Shown here in pieces: positions 1 to 11,097 of a stretch of DNA of 23,133 nucleotides. Every line of letters begins with the position of its first letter. The stretch's first letter is position 1. The position numbers and the translations under genes were made by a program. Location: contig JBMYVL010000014.1 of the NCBI GenBank assembly GCA_049606355.1, positions 1 to 23,133 of the forward strand, written 5' to 3'. A model generated the notes under the pieces. It saw only the letters and a list, made by a program, of their open reading frames with translations. It was not told the origin of the DNA and did no database searches. Source of the DNA: Opitutales bacterium (GTDB taxonomy: Bacteria; Verrucomicrobiota; Verrucomicrobiia; Opitutales; Coraliomargaritaceae).

Positions 1-2
1 TA

Positions 3-296
3 CGTGATATTTACGATTGGCTGCATTCGGGGAACTCTGGTGCGGGCTTAATTCCTATAGATATTCTTAACGCATACATAGAACTGAACACCTCCAAATA
101 CTCACTGGAAGAAATTAAAGACCTGCGCCTGGGCTCAGTAATGATGGCGGTTCAAAACGGCCAAGCCAACCTAACCCTGAGTGTCCAAGAAAGCACAGAC
201 CTGAACACGTGGTCGGAGGCTTCAGAGGCTAGTATCCAGATCCCCATCGATACGGCACAAAGCACCAAGTTCTTCCGCTTCGCGATGCCGGAGTAG
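3..296 (+). CDS. C-terminal fragment (97 aa) of a gene truncated by the window edge; probable secreted or surface protein of unknown function
   Basis: Frame 3 is open from the first base to TAG at 294-296. It is absent from the track because no start codon lies in the window. Hand translation: RDIYDWLHSGNSGAGLIPIDILNAYIELNTSKYSLEEIKDLRLGSVMMAVQNGQANLTLSVQESTDLNTWSEASEASIQIPIDTAQSTKFFRFAMPE*. The tail looks beta-strand-rich and ends in KFFRF. I cannot name a family. Confidence 0.55.
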   Translation, partial: RDIYDWLHSGNSGAGLIPIDILNAYIELNTSKYSLEEIKDLRLGSVMMAVQNGQANLTLSVQESTDLNTWSEASEASIQIPIDTAQSTKFFRFAMPE

Positions 297-331
297 TTGG
301 AACGAGGATCACACCCTGACAGTGCCGCTAG

Positions 332-2272
<1,941 letters not shown>

Positions 2273-2339
2273 GAGGCAAAATGATGTGCACGCAGACTTG
2301 CCTGCGGGGGAAGTTCTGTCTTTTTAGCAGAAGCTTCTT

Positions 2340-2900
2340 ATGACGCAGACAACTCAGCAATCGCACCTGCTCAGGCTCTGGTACAAGCCCGGCAGCTCAA
2401 TGCAAGGCCTAATTGCACAGGGGCAGGGGCAGCGCTTGGCACTGGTGGTCGCGGCCTGCTTTGGTGCGATTCAGTTGCTCCCCTGGCTGAGCGCGGAGCC
2501 GAGCCGGCCGTGGTGGGTGCTGCCGCTCGCTGCAGGGTTGGCGATCGCCGGCGTGTGTTGGCTGGCTTGGCTGTTGCGAAATTTTGGCCGCTGGTTTGGC
2601 GCAGCGGCTCATCTGCACGAGCTGCGCACTGCCCTGGGCGTGGCACTCCTACCGTGGACCTTGGTGTTCAGCCTCTTGTTTGTCCTCACACAAACAGCGC
2701 CCGCAGCTGAGTCGGTGCAGGCGTGGTTTCCATGGTTTTTGGGTGGCTTTGTGTACGGCTTTGTCATCCTACTGCTGAGCCTGCGCGCGGTCCTACAGGT
2801 GTCGGCCTTGAAGACTTTCCTGTGCCTCGCGATCGCGCTGGCGGTGTCGATTTTTCCCTTCACTTTGCTCGCGCAAGGATTGGTGCAAGCGCTCCATTAA
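2340..2900 (+). CDS. Hypothetical polytopic membrane protein (about 5 hydrophobic segments; possibly Yip1-like)
   Basis: 186 aa ORF with an ATG start at 2340. It contains several 20-residue hydrophobic stretches (LALVVAACFGAIQLL, WVLPLAAGLAIAGVCWLAWLL, ALLPWTLVFSLLFVL, FLGGFVYGFVILLLSL, FLCLAIALAVSIFPF). It lies 17 nt upstream of recN on the same strand. The family assignment is a guess. Confidence 0.6.
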   Translation: MTQTTQQSHLLRLWYKPGSSMQGLIAQGQGQRLALVVAACFGAIQLLPWLSAEPSRPWWVLPLAAGLAIAGVCWLAWLLRNFGRWFGAAAHLHELRTALGVALLPWTLVFSLLFVLTQTAPAAESVQAWFPWFLGGFVYGFVILLLSLRAVLQVSALKTFLCLAIALAVSIFPFTLLAQGLVQALH

Positions 2901-2917
2901 GCTGAACTCAGGCAGCC

Positions 2918-4582
2918 ATGCTTCAACACATCAAGATTCAAAACCTGGCTTTGCTCGACGTCCTGAGCTTGGAGATGGAGCCGGGCTTCACCGCAGTGAC
3001 GGGTGAGACGGGTGCCGGTAAGAGTGTGCTGCTGGGTGCCTTGAGTTTACTGGCGGGAGCACGCACGGATAAGTCGCTGCTGCGTCAAGGCGCGGACCAG
3101 CTTGAAGTGGAGGGCGCGCTTTATTTTGAGGATTCAGCTGAGATCGATGCCAAGCTGGAGGCGCTGGGCCTGCCGGCGAGTGAAGCCGGCGTGGTGCTGC
3201 TGCGCCGCTTGATTCACCGCACAAAGATGCCGAAGGTGCAGATCAACGGCAGTCTGGCGACCTTGGCACAATTACAGCAGCTGGGTGAAGCGTGGATCGA
3301 TTTTCACGGGCCCGGCGAGCCGCAGAAGTTATTCCAGGAGCGCCGCCAGTTGGAGCTGCTCGATGGTTATGCGGGCTGTAGCAATGAAGTGCGGGCATAT
3401 GCGGTTCGCTATGCCGAGTGGCGGTCGTTACTCGCTGAGATCGAAAGCGTGCAAACGAGTGAGCGTTTGGATCCTGCGGCGGCTGATTTTGTGCGCCAGC
3501 AGATCCAAAAGATCGACTCGGTGGTGGAGAGCGCCGCGGCGATGGAACAGCTGGAGCGCGATTATACGCTCATGTCGCAGGCGCAGGAGCTGCTAGCTGT
3601 GGCAACCGAGTGCAACGAGGCGCTGGTGGGTGACCGTGGTGTCGGTACTCAATTGAGCGCGATTCTTGCACGCATGGAGGTATTGGCGGAACTGCACGAG
3701 GAATCTGCGCAACAGGTCGAGCGGGCGCGCAGTGTATTGATCGAGCTGCAGGACCTTGGCGATGAGGTGGGGCGCTTTGCCGGGCAACTCGATTTTGATG
3801 CAGAGCAAGTCGCCGCCGTCACCGAGCGCATGAATTTGTGGCAGGAGTTGCGCCGTCATTATGGTGGCAGCGCCGAGGCAGTGCTGACCAAGCGGGAAGC
3901 CCTCGCGCAACAATTAGCGATTCAAGACGATTTGGACGGGGTCCTTGCGAAACAGCAGGCCGCGGCGGATGCCCTGCAGGCCCAGTTAGTCGAGGCGGCA
4001 CTCAAGCTGCGTCAGGCCCGCGAGGCGTCGGCAGCTACCTTAGCGGCCAAAGCCAATGAACTGCTGCGGTCGCTGGGCTTTAAGCAGGCGCGGCTGACGA
4101 TTGAACTGATCGATGAAGCGGAACTTCGAGAGTACGGGCAAAACCGTTGCCGTTTCCTGTTTGCGCCCAATGCCGGCCAAGAATTGATGCCCCTCAACAA
4201 AATTGCTTCCAGCGGCGAAACCGCGCGAGTGATGTTAGCGCTGAAGACCGTCCTCGCGGAGGCAGATGCCACGCCGTTGCTGGTATTTGATGAGGTGGAT
4301 GCCAATGTCGGCGGTGAGGTCGGCCGAGCTGTCGGTGCGGAAATGGCGCAGTTAGCCGCGGGGCACCAGGTCTTTTGTGTGACCCACTTGCCGCAGGTGG
4401 CCTCACTGGCGCACCAGCACTTGGTCGTGACAAAATCACAGTCGGAGGATTCGACACAGGTGCAGATCGCGCCCATCCACGCCTCCCGCGATGCGCGTAT
4501 AGAAGAGCTGGCGCGCATGCTTGGGGATCGCCAATCCGCTTCGGCACTCGCACATGCCGAAGAATTGTTGGGTGCGGACTAA
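2918..4582 (+). CDS. recN: DNA repair protein RecN (SMC-like ATPase)
   Basis: 554 aa with an ATG start. N-terminus MLQHIKIQNLALLDVLSLEMEPGFTAVTGETGAGKSVLL carries the Walker A motif. The central region is a long coiled coil. The C-terminus has SSGETARVMLALK (signature) and LLVFDEVDANVGG (Walker B), followed by QVFCVTHLPQVA. Confidence 0.95.
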   Translation: MLQHIKIQNLALLDVLSLEMEPGFTAVTGETGAGKSVLLGALSLLAGARTDKSLLRQGADQLEVEGALYFEDSAEIDAKLEALGLPASEAGVVLLRRLIHRTKMPKVQINGSLATLAQLQQLGEAWIDFHGPGEPQKLFQERRQLELLDGYAGCSNEVRAYAVRYAEWRSLLAEIESVQTSERLDPAAADFVRQQIQKIDSVVESAAAMEQLERDYTLMSQAQELLAVATECNEALVGDRGVGTQLSAILARMEVLAELHEESAQQVERARSVLIELQDLGDEVGRFAGQLDFDAEQVAAVTERMNLWQELRRHYGGSAEAVLTKREALAQQLAIQDDLDGVLAKQQAAADALQAQLVEAALKLRQAREASAATLAAKANELLRSLGFKQARLTIELIDEAELREYGQNRCRFLFAPNAGQELMPLNKIASSGETARVMLALKTVLAEADATPLLVFDEVDANVGGEVGRAVGAEMAQLAAGHQVFCVTHLPQVASLAHQHLVVTKSQSEDSTQVQIAPIHASRDARIEELARMLGDRQSASALAHAEELLGAD

Positions 4583-4588
4583 AGCGTC

Positions 4589-6223
4589 TTACTCGGGGCT
4601 GCCGGCATTGATCAGTTCGCCCATGAGTGAGCTCATCCGCGTCATCGAGCTGTAGCGCTGCAGAAATTCCTGTGCGCGGGTGTAGTCGGCATCGTCTGCC
4701 GCAATCTCGGGCACTTCCTTGGCGCTCAGGTACACAAAGATTCCTTGGCCACCGCTTTGTAGCATCGGCGAAACGGCACCGGTTTCCATGCCGGGCAAGG
4801 CTTGTAGCGCCGCACGGTTGAGGGTGCTGGGTGCGTCGTTGAGTGTAAAAGCGTCGAATGGAGTGACGCTGAGCTGCAGCGCTTCGGCGGCTGCCTCAAA
4901 GGCTGTGCCGGCTTTGATTTGTTCCTCGAGTGCGGCTTGGAGGCGCTCGCCTTCGGCATTGAACAGTCGGCGCTTTTCTTCAGCCGCATAATCGGCCTGC
5001 ACGCGTGTCGCGACCGTGGCCAATTCGGGGAGTTCAGGCGCCAGGCGGCCCTCATAGATCAACACTGCGTACCCGCCGTCTACCGGATAGGGGTCGGAGT
5101 AGTACTTGGCTGCACTGAGTGCGAAGGCCGAATTGAGCAGCTCTGCAGGTAAGCTTTGCCCTGCCGTACCTGCTGCGGTGTAGGGCTCGAGGGGAGTGAG
5201 TGTCAGACCCGCATCGCTGATCAGTTGCTGAAACGTGGCACTGTCACGCTCAACGGCTTGATTATAAAGTTGGTACGCAAAGGCCTGTGCCGCTTCATTG
5301 GCGGCGCGTTCGGCTTGTGCGCTTTGGTAGCTACGGGCCACGAGTTCGCGCACATCGTCAAATTGCACGGCAGGAGCTTCATTGGCTTCAGTCGTTTCGC
5401 CCTGAGCGGCTTCATAGGCTTCGACGAAGCGGGCACGGTTGCTAATAAAGTGATCGCGTAAGTCAGCATCGCTGGCGCTGACGGCTTCGCCCTGGTACTT
5501 TGCTGCCGCAAAAAATAAAGTGGCCGCTTGGATGCGCTCGGCAATTTCGTAGCGGTCGGCATTGTTTTCGAAGTAGGTTTTTAAAGCCGCTTCGTCTTCA
5601 GCGATTTCCGGGGTAAATTCTTGGTAGGCGAGCTGTGCGGTCGACGCCGTGTAGCTGGTTTGATTGCGCTGCGCCTGCACGCGTGCTTCGTTTGGCAATG
5701 AGTAACCCGGTCCGGAGAGCAGATCGGCAACCGCTTCGATGCGATAATCTTCCTGGAGGACCGCGACAACCGTACCGCTGGGGATACTTGGGTTGGATTC
5801 CACGCTGTCGATAAAGCGAGTCATTGCATCGCGACTGAAGTTACCGTCCTCATCCGCAAACCGTGGCTGGCTTTGAATGAACTCGCTCAGGGCTGCGGGA
5901 CTCGGTGCGGGGATGCCGATTTGATCGGCGAGGTGGAGCAATGCAATGCGGCCGGTGAGTTGGCTTTGGTACTGCTGGTCGTTTTGGATGTTCGCATTGC
6001 TGAGTTGCGCGCTTAAGCCGACCTTGCGACTGAGGCTCTCCATTTGCTTGGGCGAATTCAAATCGTAGCCGTAGAAACTCGCCACTTCATAGGCACTGCG
6101 GTTGCTGGTGCAGCCCGGCGTGTTGCCAATGGTAAAGACAAAGGCGACGATGACGACACCGAGGAGAGTGAGGAATATCCAGCGTCCGTGGCGGATGAGG
6201 TGGTTTTGAATCCAGGAAATCAT
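4589..6223 (-). CDS. PpiD-like periplasmic chaperone (SurA N-terminal-domain protein with an N-terminal membrane anchor)
   Basis: The track ORF (4589..6280) starts at a TTG (caa at 6278-6280). The in-frame ATG at 6221-6223 gives MISWIQNHLIRHGRWIFLTLLGVVIVAFVFTIGN, the canonical PpiD-type N-terminus with a single TM anchor. I did not recognise a clear parvulin PPIase motif, so the call stays at family level. Confidence 0.75.
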   Translation of the reverse strand: MISWIQNHLIRHGRWIFLTLLGVVIVAFVFTIGNTPGCTSNRSAYEVASFYGYDLNSPKQMESLSRKVGLSAQLSNANIQNDQQYQSQLTGRIALLHLADQIGIPAPSPAALSEFIQSQPRFADEDGNFSRDAMTRFIDSVESNPSIPSGTVVAVLQEDYRIEAVADLLSGPGYSLPNEARVQAQRNQTSYTASTAQLAYQEFTPEIAEDEAALKTYFENNADRYEIAERIQAATLFFAAAKYQGEAVSASDADLRDHFISNRARFVEAYEAAQGETTEANEAPAVQFDDVRELVARSYQSAQAERAANEAAQAFAYQLYNQAVERDSATFQQLISDAGLTLTPLEPYTAAGTAGQSLPAELLNSAFALSAAKYYSDPYPVDGGYAVLIYEGRLAPELPELATVATRVQADYAAEEKRRLFNAEGERLQAALEEQIKAGTAFEAAAEALQLSVTPFDAFTLNDAPSTLNRAALQALPGMETGAVSPMLQSGGQGIFVYLSAKEVPEIAADDADYTRAQEFLQRYSSMTRMSSLMGELINAGSPE

Positions 6224-6362
6224 AAGACTACAGAGAAAATAAGAAACGCTGCAGGTTAGAAGCCGACCATCGTCTGTCAATCCATAGCTGTAGCGGGTGC
6301 TTCGTGCCGAGGACTCGATCGCTTTAGCTTGCTCGGCGATTCCATTTGGCTAACGTGGAGGC

Positions 6363-6881
6363 ATGAAATCGTATCAAGCTGTTCTTCTCATTGGAATCCT
6401 CCTGGCCTTCACTGGCTGTGAAACTCACAACAACGGTCAACACACCCGCAGGGGTATGGCGATTGGCTCAGTCGTCGGCGGTGTCGCCGGTGCCGTGATC
6501 GGCCACCAATCCGGAAATGCCGGTGAAGGTGCTGCGATCGGTGCAGTCGTGGGTGCTGCGGTCGGTGGTACTTCCGGTAGTGCTCAAGATATTGAGGCCG
6601 AGCACGTGCGTGCGGAACAGATGCGTCAACTGGCAGAGCAAACTGCCCGTGCCGAGGCCGAACAGGCACAACAGCGTGAGCAAACGATTGCCTTGGGCTA
6701 TCAGGTGACGGATCAAGACGTCCTCGAAGCCGAACAGCGGGCCGCGGCCGCCGCGAATGAATTAAAGCGTATCGAAAAAGAGCGCGCCGAGGCGATTGAG
6801 CGTCAGCGACGCATCGATGCTGCACGGCAACAGGAAGCAGCTGCCCGCGAAGCTGCTGCTGCACTTAAGACCTACGACTAG
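6363..6881 (+). CDS. Lipoprotein with a glycine-zipper (YMGG/17-kDa-antigen-like) segment and a C-terminal E/R/Q/A-rich coiled coil
   Basis: 172 aa with an ATG at 6363, preceded by GGAG at 6357-6360. The signal peptide MKSYQAVLLIGILLAFTGC has a lipobox-like FTGC. The glycine zipper is GSVVGGVAGAVIGHQSGNAGEGAAIGAVVGAAVGG. The rest is low-complexity helical sequence (AEQMRQLAEQTARAEAEQAQQREQ...). Confidence 0.75.
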   Translation: MKSYQAVLLIGILLAFTGCETHNNGQHTRRGMAIGSVVGGVAGAVIGHQSGNAGEGAAIGAVVGAAVGGTSGSAQDIEAEHVRAEQMRQLAEQTARAEAEQAQQREQTIALGYQVTDQDVLEAEQRAAAAANELKRIEKERAEAIERQRRIDAARQQEAAAREAAAALKTYD

Positions 6882-6911
6882 ACCCTTCCGTCGCAGAGTC
6901 GGCGTTGGCAG

Positions 6912-8414
6912 TTAGAGCTTCCCTGCGGCCGAATCTTTACCGATGGGCAGTAGATCTGTAATGCACAGTTGTTCGCTGGGTGCGCTGTGTGGCGCGAGCA
7001 CACTGCGCTGGTACCTGCGAATCCCGGGGTGAAAGTCGCGGATCCATTCAATGCCTTCGTTATTCCCGAAGCAGTCGAAGTCGTGCTTGAATTGCGTCAG
7101 GCTGAGTGAATCCATTGGGCGCCCGAGTTGATACGCGCGATCGCGCTCGGTCTCCACGGCCTGAGTCTGAATCTCACAAAGATATCCGAGCTCGCAGAGG
7201 CGAGTGATGCTGGAGTTTAGAATATGACTGGGGACGCGCAATTTTTTGTGCAATTCGCTGGCGTGCAGCGCCGCACTGCAATCGCGGAAACGCTCGGCGA
7301 CCAGTAGCAGCACGGCCAAAGAGATAAGCTCGCGGGAGCGGCTGCTGATTTGTTGCCAGGCATTCTCGTTGGTCAAGTAGTTGGCATTTTGCATCGCGTA
7401 GGTGACCTGCCCGCCAAGCAGAATGAGTAGCCAAAAAATATACAGGCCGAGCATGAGAATTATAATAATACCGACGGACCCATATAGACTGTTGGTGTCG
7501 ACGACTCGCTCCACGTACAAAAACGACAGGCCTTTGTAGAGATGGAGCAAAACAACCACAAGTGCCGCGCCACTGAAAGCCGGCTTCCAGTTTACCTGCG
7601 TGTGTGGGATGAAGCGAAAGAAGAGCGCCAGCATGAGGATCATGAGCAAAAGACTGGCCAAGGGCGAGGCGAACTGGATGAGTACGGCGAGCTCAGATCC
7701 GAAGGGGAGCTCTTTGGCAAAGCGCACAAAGGTATTGAGACTGATTAAGGAGAGGGAAGCGGTGCCGAGAACCGCACCTAGGCTGATGAAAGTCCAATAC
7801 GTCACGATGCGCTCCGCCAGTTTGCGGCCCTGCGCAACCCCCCATAATAGATTGAACGATTTCTCGATCGATGTGAGTACTTGAATGCCGATCACCAACA
7901 GCATCAGGGAACCAACGACACCGACTGTGCCCGATTGAGCCGCATTGCTAAAATTGCGAATCAACTCCAGCATTTGCGGCGAAAGTTGTGTACCGGATGA
8001 GCCGCTACCGTCGGGCTCGACCGCGACGGCTACATGCGGAGCCGCAAAGGTAATCAACTCGGTGATTTTTTCGACGACGACGCTGTCTTGGAGGGCCCCG
8101 GATGGATCACTCATGTCCTGTTCCAGCAAAAATCCCGAAATCATGATGCCGAAGGCAATCAGAGGCCCGATGCCAATCATCGTGTAAAAGGTTAGGGCTG
8201 CCGATTGCAGCGGCAGTTGGTTGCGACGCAGGCCTTGGAAGGTCAGCGTCAGGGTGCGCAGGAAATGATACGAACGAGCGCGCAGTGTGTGCCGACCAAT
8301 ATGCTCGAGCTCCCAAATGTCCTTCGACAATAACTGACGCAGGGTTTTGAGTTGCCTGCTTAAGCGATGGACGAGGGTGGACGCGGTAGCGTCAGTGCGA
8401 TCAGACTGAGACAC
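6912..8414 (-). CDS. YihY/BrkB-family inner membrane protein, long form with a C-terminal cytoplasmic Rrf2-like winged-helix extension
   Basis: 500 aa. The start is GTG (cac at 8412-8414) and there is no nearby in-frame ATG. The YihY hallmark is LRRNQLPLQSAALTFYTMIGIGPLIAF, followed by about 6 TM segments. Residues ~355-445 (nt ~7080-7352) read SSRSRELISLAVLLLVAERFRDCSAALHASELHKKLRVPSHILNSSITRLCELGYLCEIQ...AYQLGRPMDSLSLTQF, which follows the Rrf2/wHTH pattern. Confidence 0.85.
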   Translation of the reverse strand: MSQSDRTDATASTLVHRLSRQLKTLRQLLSKDIWELEHIGRHTLRARSYHFLRTLTLTFQGLRRNQLPLQSAALTFYTMIGIGPLIAFGIMISGFLLEQDMSDPSGALQDSVVVEKITELITFAAPHVAVAVEPDGSGSSGTQLSPQMLELIRNFSNAAQSGTVGVVGSLMLLVIGIQVLTSIEKSFNLLWGVAQGRKLAERIVTYWTFISLGAVLGTASLSLISLNTFVRFAKELPFGSELAVLIQFASPLASLLLMILMLALFFRFIPHTQVNWKPAFSGAALVVVLLHLYKGLSFLYVERVVDTNSLYGSVGIIIILMLGLYIFWLLILLGGQVTYAMQNANYLTNENAWQQISSRSRELISLAVLLLVAERFRDCSAALHASELHKKLRVPSHILNSSITRLCELGYLCEIQTQAVETERDRAYQLGRPMDSLSLTQFKHDFDCFGNNEGIEWIRDFHPGIRRYQRSVLAPHSAPSEQLCITDLLPIGKDSAAGKL

Positions 8415-8444
8415 GGATAGAGGGCGGGTCAGGAGTGAAGCGCC

Positions 8445-9281
8445 CTAAAAGAATGTTGCAGGCAGCGCTGCATAAAAATCGCTCATCCGCCCGACTGCAG
8501 TCAAGTACACTAAGACGCAATTCGCAGCAATTCCGAAGGCGACGAGGATGCGCATTACCGGTAAGCGCGGCACGAAAGTCGCCGCGCACAGCGTGCTTGC
8601 TGCGACTGTAAAAGCAGTAAAAAGGTAGACGTCACTCATACTCCAAAGCGCAAAAATCCCCATGCTCAGTGTAATGGCAGCGCGCACGCGCAACCAGGAG
8701 TAGACTCCGGCGGCGGCCAAAAAGAGTAAAGTGGCGAAGAGCAGGTCAATGAGCCCAATCCAAACCAAGGGCTGGCTCAGCAGTGTACTGAGCGCTGGAA
8801 GATGGAGGCTTTCGATGGCAGATTGACCATGGGGCAGTAATAAGGCGACCGAGGAGAGCAGGAGCATTCCTCCCATTGCGGGCGAAGCCATGGCCGCCGC
8901 GGCTTCCAAACTTTTCTGGCGCTGCTGCGCGAGTTGATTGGGTCGATCCGCTGCCGCGAGCAGGTCTTTGACTTCAATCGCTTCGCAGGGAGTCGCTGCT
9001 TCCCGCTCTGCTTGGCTTGCGGCTTCAGTTTCTGCTGTCGGTTCGCTCCCCGAAGCGTCTGAGTTGCGCACTAAATTCAGCTTTAGTTTGCGTCGTTCCG
9101 GGAAGACCTGCTGCTTGAGAGCATCGTTGAGACCGATCGGCAGCCATTCCCCACGTGTTTCGTCGAAGTAGAGGGTGGTTTCACTGATTTGACCGGCTTC
9201 GGCGAGGGTTAACAGCCCGTTTGGATCAAAAGGACCGCGCGATGTTTCGCGATCGAGGGTGCGAATGTAATAATCGGCCAT
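8445..9281 (-). CDS. GYF_2 (DUF4339)-domain protein with a C-terminal multi-pass membrane domain
   Basis: 278 aa with an ATG start (cat at 9279-9281). The N-terminus YYIRTLDRETSRGPFDPNGLLTLAEAGQISETTLYFDETRGEWLPIG matches the bacterial GYF_2 pattern. An acidic/Ala linker follows, then about 4-5 hydrophobic helices. The stop lies 30 nt upstream of the yihY-like start on the same strand. Confidence 0.75.
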   Translation of the reverse strand: MADYYIRTLDRETSRGPFDPNGLLTLAEAGQISETTLYFDETRGEWLPIGLNDALKQQVFPERRKLKLNLVRNSDASGSEPTAETEAASQAEREAATPCEAIEVKDLLAAADRPNQLAQQRQKSLEAAAAMASPAMGGMLLLSSVALLLPHGQSAIESLHLPALSTLLSQPLVWIGLIDLLFATLLFLAAAGVYSWLRVRAAITLSMGIFALWSMSDVYLFTAFTVAASTLCAATFVPRLPVMRILVAFGIAANCVLVYLTAVGRMSDFYAALPATFF

Positions 9282-9495
9282 AGACGATGAAAGTCATAAC
9301 CAGCGCTAGGGCGTCTGCCTAGTGCAATGGGGCCCGCGCCTTAGTTTTTACGAAATTTCAACAAATCTAGCCCTTGAATCCTGCCGAGCGTGGTCTTTGC
9401 AGCGCATGAATTCGGTCGATCACGCCCAAGAAGCTAGGTAGGTGCGGGTTTTCGTTGCAATTCAGCGCAGAGGAAATTAACTCGCGCGCTTTCCC

Positions 9496-11082
9496 ATGAA
9501 AATACTCGTCGCAGACCGCATATCTCCCATAGGTGTTGATTTGTTCAAAGCCGAAACTGGTTTTGAAGTTATCGAGGCCTATGGATCCTCACCTGAGCAG
9601 CTCTTAGAGTTGGTTCAAGACGTCGACGCCATTGCCGTGCGTTCCGATACCAAAATCACTGCTGAAGTCATGGCGGCCGCGCCGCAACTGAAGGTGGTGG
9701 GTCGTGCCGGAGTGGGTGTGGATAACATCGACATTGAAGCGGCGACCGACCGCGGCGTGATCGTAATGAACACGCCAACCGGTAACACGATCGCAACCGC
9801 CGAATTGACTTTCACGCACATGCTTGCCGGCACCCGCCCGATTGTTCAGGCGAGCGCGCGGATGAGCGCAGGTGGCTGGGACCGTAAGAAATTTACTGGC
9901 TCGGAATTAAACCAGAAAACTCTGGGGATTCTCGGCATGGGGCGCATCGGCGCCGAAGTGGCCAAGCGAGCGATGGCCTTTCAGATGGAGGTATTCGCCT
10001 ATGATCCGTATCTGACGGAATCGCGCGCCAAAAGCCTTGGCGTCAAGCAGGCGACTTTAGATGAAGTGATCGAAAATGCCGACTACATCACGGTGCACAT
10101 GCCATTGACCGCAGATACCAAGCACATGCTCAACGCCGATGCCTTCCAACGCATGAAGGACGGTGTACGCGTCTTCAACTGTGCACGCGGTGGTATCATT
10201 GATGAGTCCGCGCTCATCGATGCGCTGAATTCCGGCAAGGTGGCGACTGCGGGACTGGACGTCTACGAAGACGAGCCTCCTGCTGAAGATAGCCCATTGC
10301 GCAGTATTCCCAATCTGGTGCTGACCCCGCATTTGGGTGCATCGACGCAAGAGGCACAGGAAAATGTTGGTATCGATGTAGCCAAGCAAATGATCCAGGC
10401 CCTGACGGGTGGTATGGTGGTCAATGCGCTGAATATGCCGTCCGTCGATCCAAAGGTCTTGGAGCAATTGGGGCCGTACATGGACTTGGGCGAAAAAATC
10501 GGTACTTTTTCACAGCAATTGGCGCCGGAAGGGGTCGAGAAAATTACCATTCGCTACTACGGTAAAATTACCGAGCTCGATACACTTCCGCTCACCAATG
10601 CGATCCAGCGCGGCTATTTGCGGGAGATTTCCGACAACGTCAATAATGTGAATGCGCCTAAGAAAATCGAGCGTTTAGGGATTGCGTGTGATCAAGTGGT
10701 CAGCAGTACCCACGCGGACTTCAACGAGTTGATTGAAGTCGAGGTGAGTTGCAAGGGCGACAAGACCCGTACCATTGGCGGCACCTTAGTCGGTAAAAAC
10801 CAGACGCCACGCATTGTTACGATTGATGGGCATGGTGTCGAAGTGAATACCCACGCGACCTTACTCGTTCTGAAAAATAAGGACGTCCCCGGGATCGTTG
10901 GCTTTATCGGTGTCACTCTGGGGGAAGACCAGGTGAACATTGCCAATATGTCGCTCAGTCGCGACCAGGGTGAGGGATTTGCCGTATCCGTCTTCGAGTT
11001 GGACAGCGTACCCTCCGAAGCGGCAGCCACCAAGATCAGCGATCACGAAGCGATTGAAAAATATCGCGTGATTAAGCTGTAA
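9496..11082 (+). CDS. serA: D-3-phosphoglycerate dehydrogenase, long type with ASB and ACT domains
   Basis: 528 aa with an ATG start. NAD-binding motif [16 protein letters not shown]. Catalytic region NCARGG...LTPHLGAST. The ACT-type C-terminus is [34 protein letters not shown]. Confidence 0.95.
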   Translation: MKILVADRISPIGVDLFKAETGFEVIEAYGSSPEQLLELVQDVDAIAVRSDTKITAEVMAAAPQLKVVGRAGVGVDNIDIEAATDRGVIVMNTPTGNTIATAELTFTHMLAGTRPIVQASARMSAGGWDRKKFTGSELNQKTLGILGMGRIGAEVAKRAMAFQMEVFAYDPYLTESRAKSLGVKQATLDEVIENADYITVHMPLTADTKHMLNADAFQRMKDGVRVFNCARGGIIDESALIDALNSGKVATAGLDVYEDEPPAEDSPLRSIPNLVLTPHLGASTQEAQENVGIDVAKQMIQALTGGMVVNALNMPSVDPKVLEQLGPYMDLGEKIGTFSQQLAPEGVEKITIRYYGKITELDTLPLTNAIQRGYLREISDNVNNVNAPKKIERLGIACDQVVSSTHADFNELIEVEVSCKGDKTRTIGGTLVGKNQTPRIVTIDGHGVEVNTHATLLVLKNKDVPGIVGFIGVTLGEDQVNIANMSLSRDQGEGFAVSVFELDSVPSEAAATKISDHEAIEKYRVIKL

Positions 11083-11097
11083 GCGGAACGTCCGGTT

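Noticed and set aside
6224-6280. N-terminal extension of the PpiD-like ORF (MTDDGRLLTCSVSYFLCSL...).
   Set aside because: The extension starts at a TTG. The in-frame ATG at 6223 yields the canonical PpiD N-terminus and membrane anchor.
9282-9495. The largest intergenic region (214 nt, divergent GYF_2 gene / serA), as a candidate for a tRNA, small gene or riboswitch.
   Set aside because: I found no tRNA-like T-loop or acceptor pattern, no ORF of meaningful length and no known serA-associated riboswitch. It most likely holds just two divergent promoters, which I could not place confidently.
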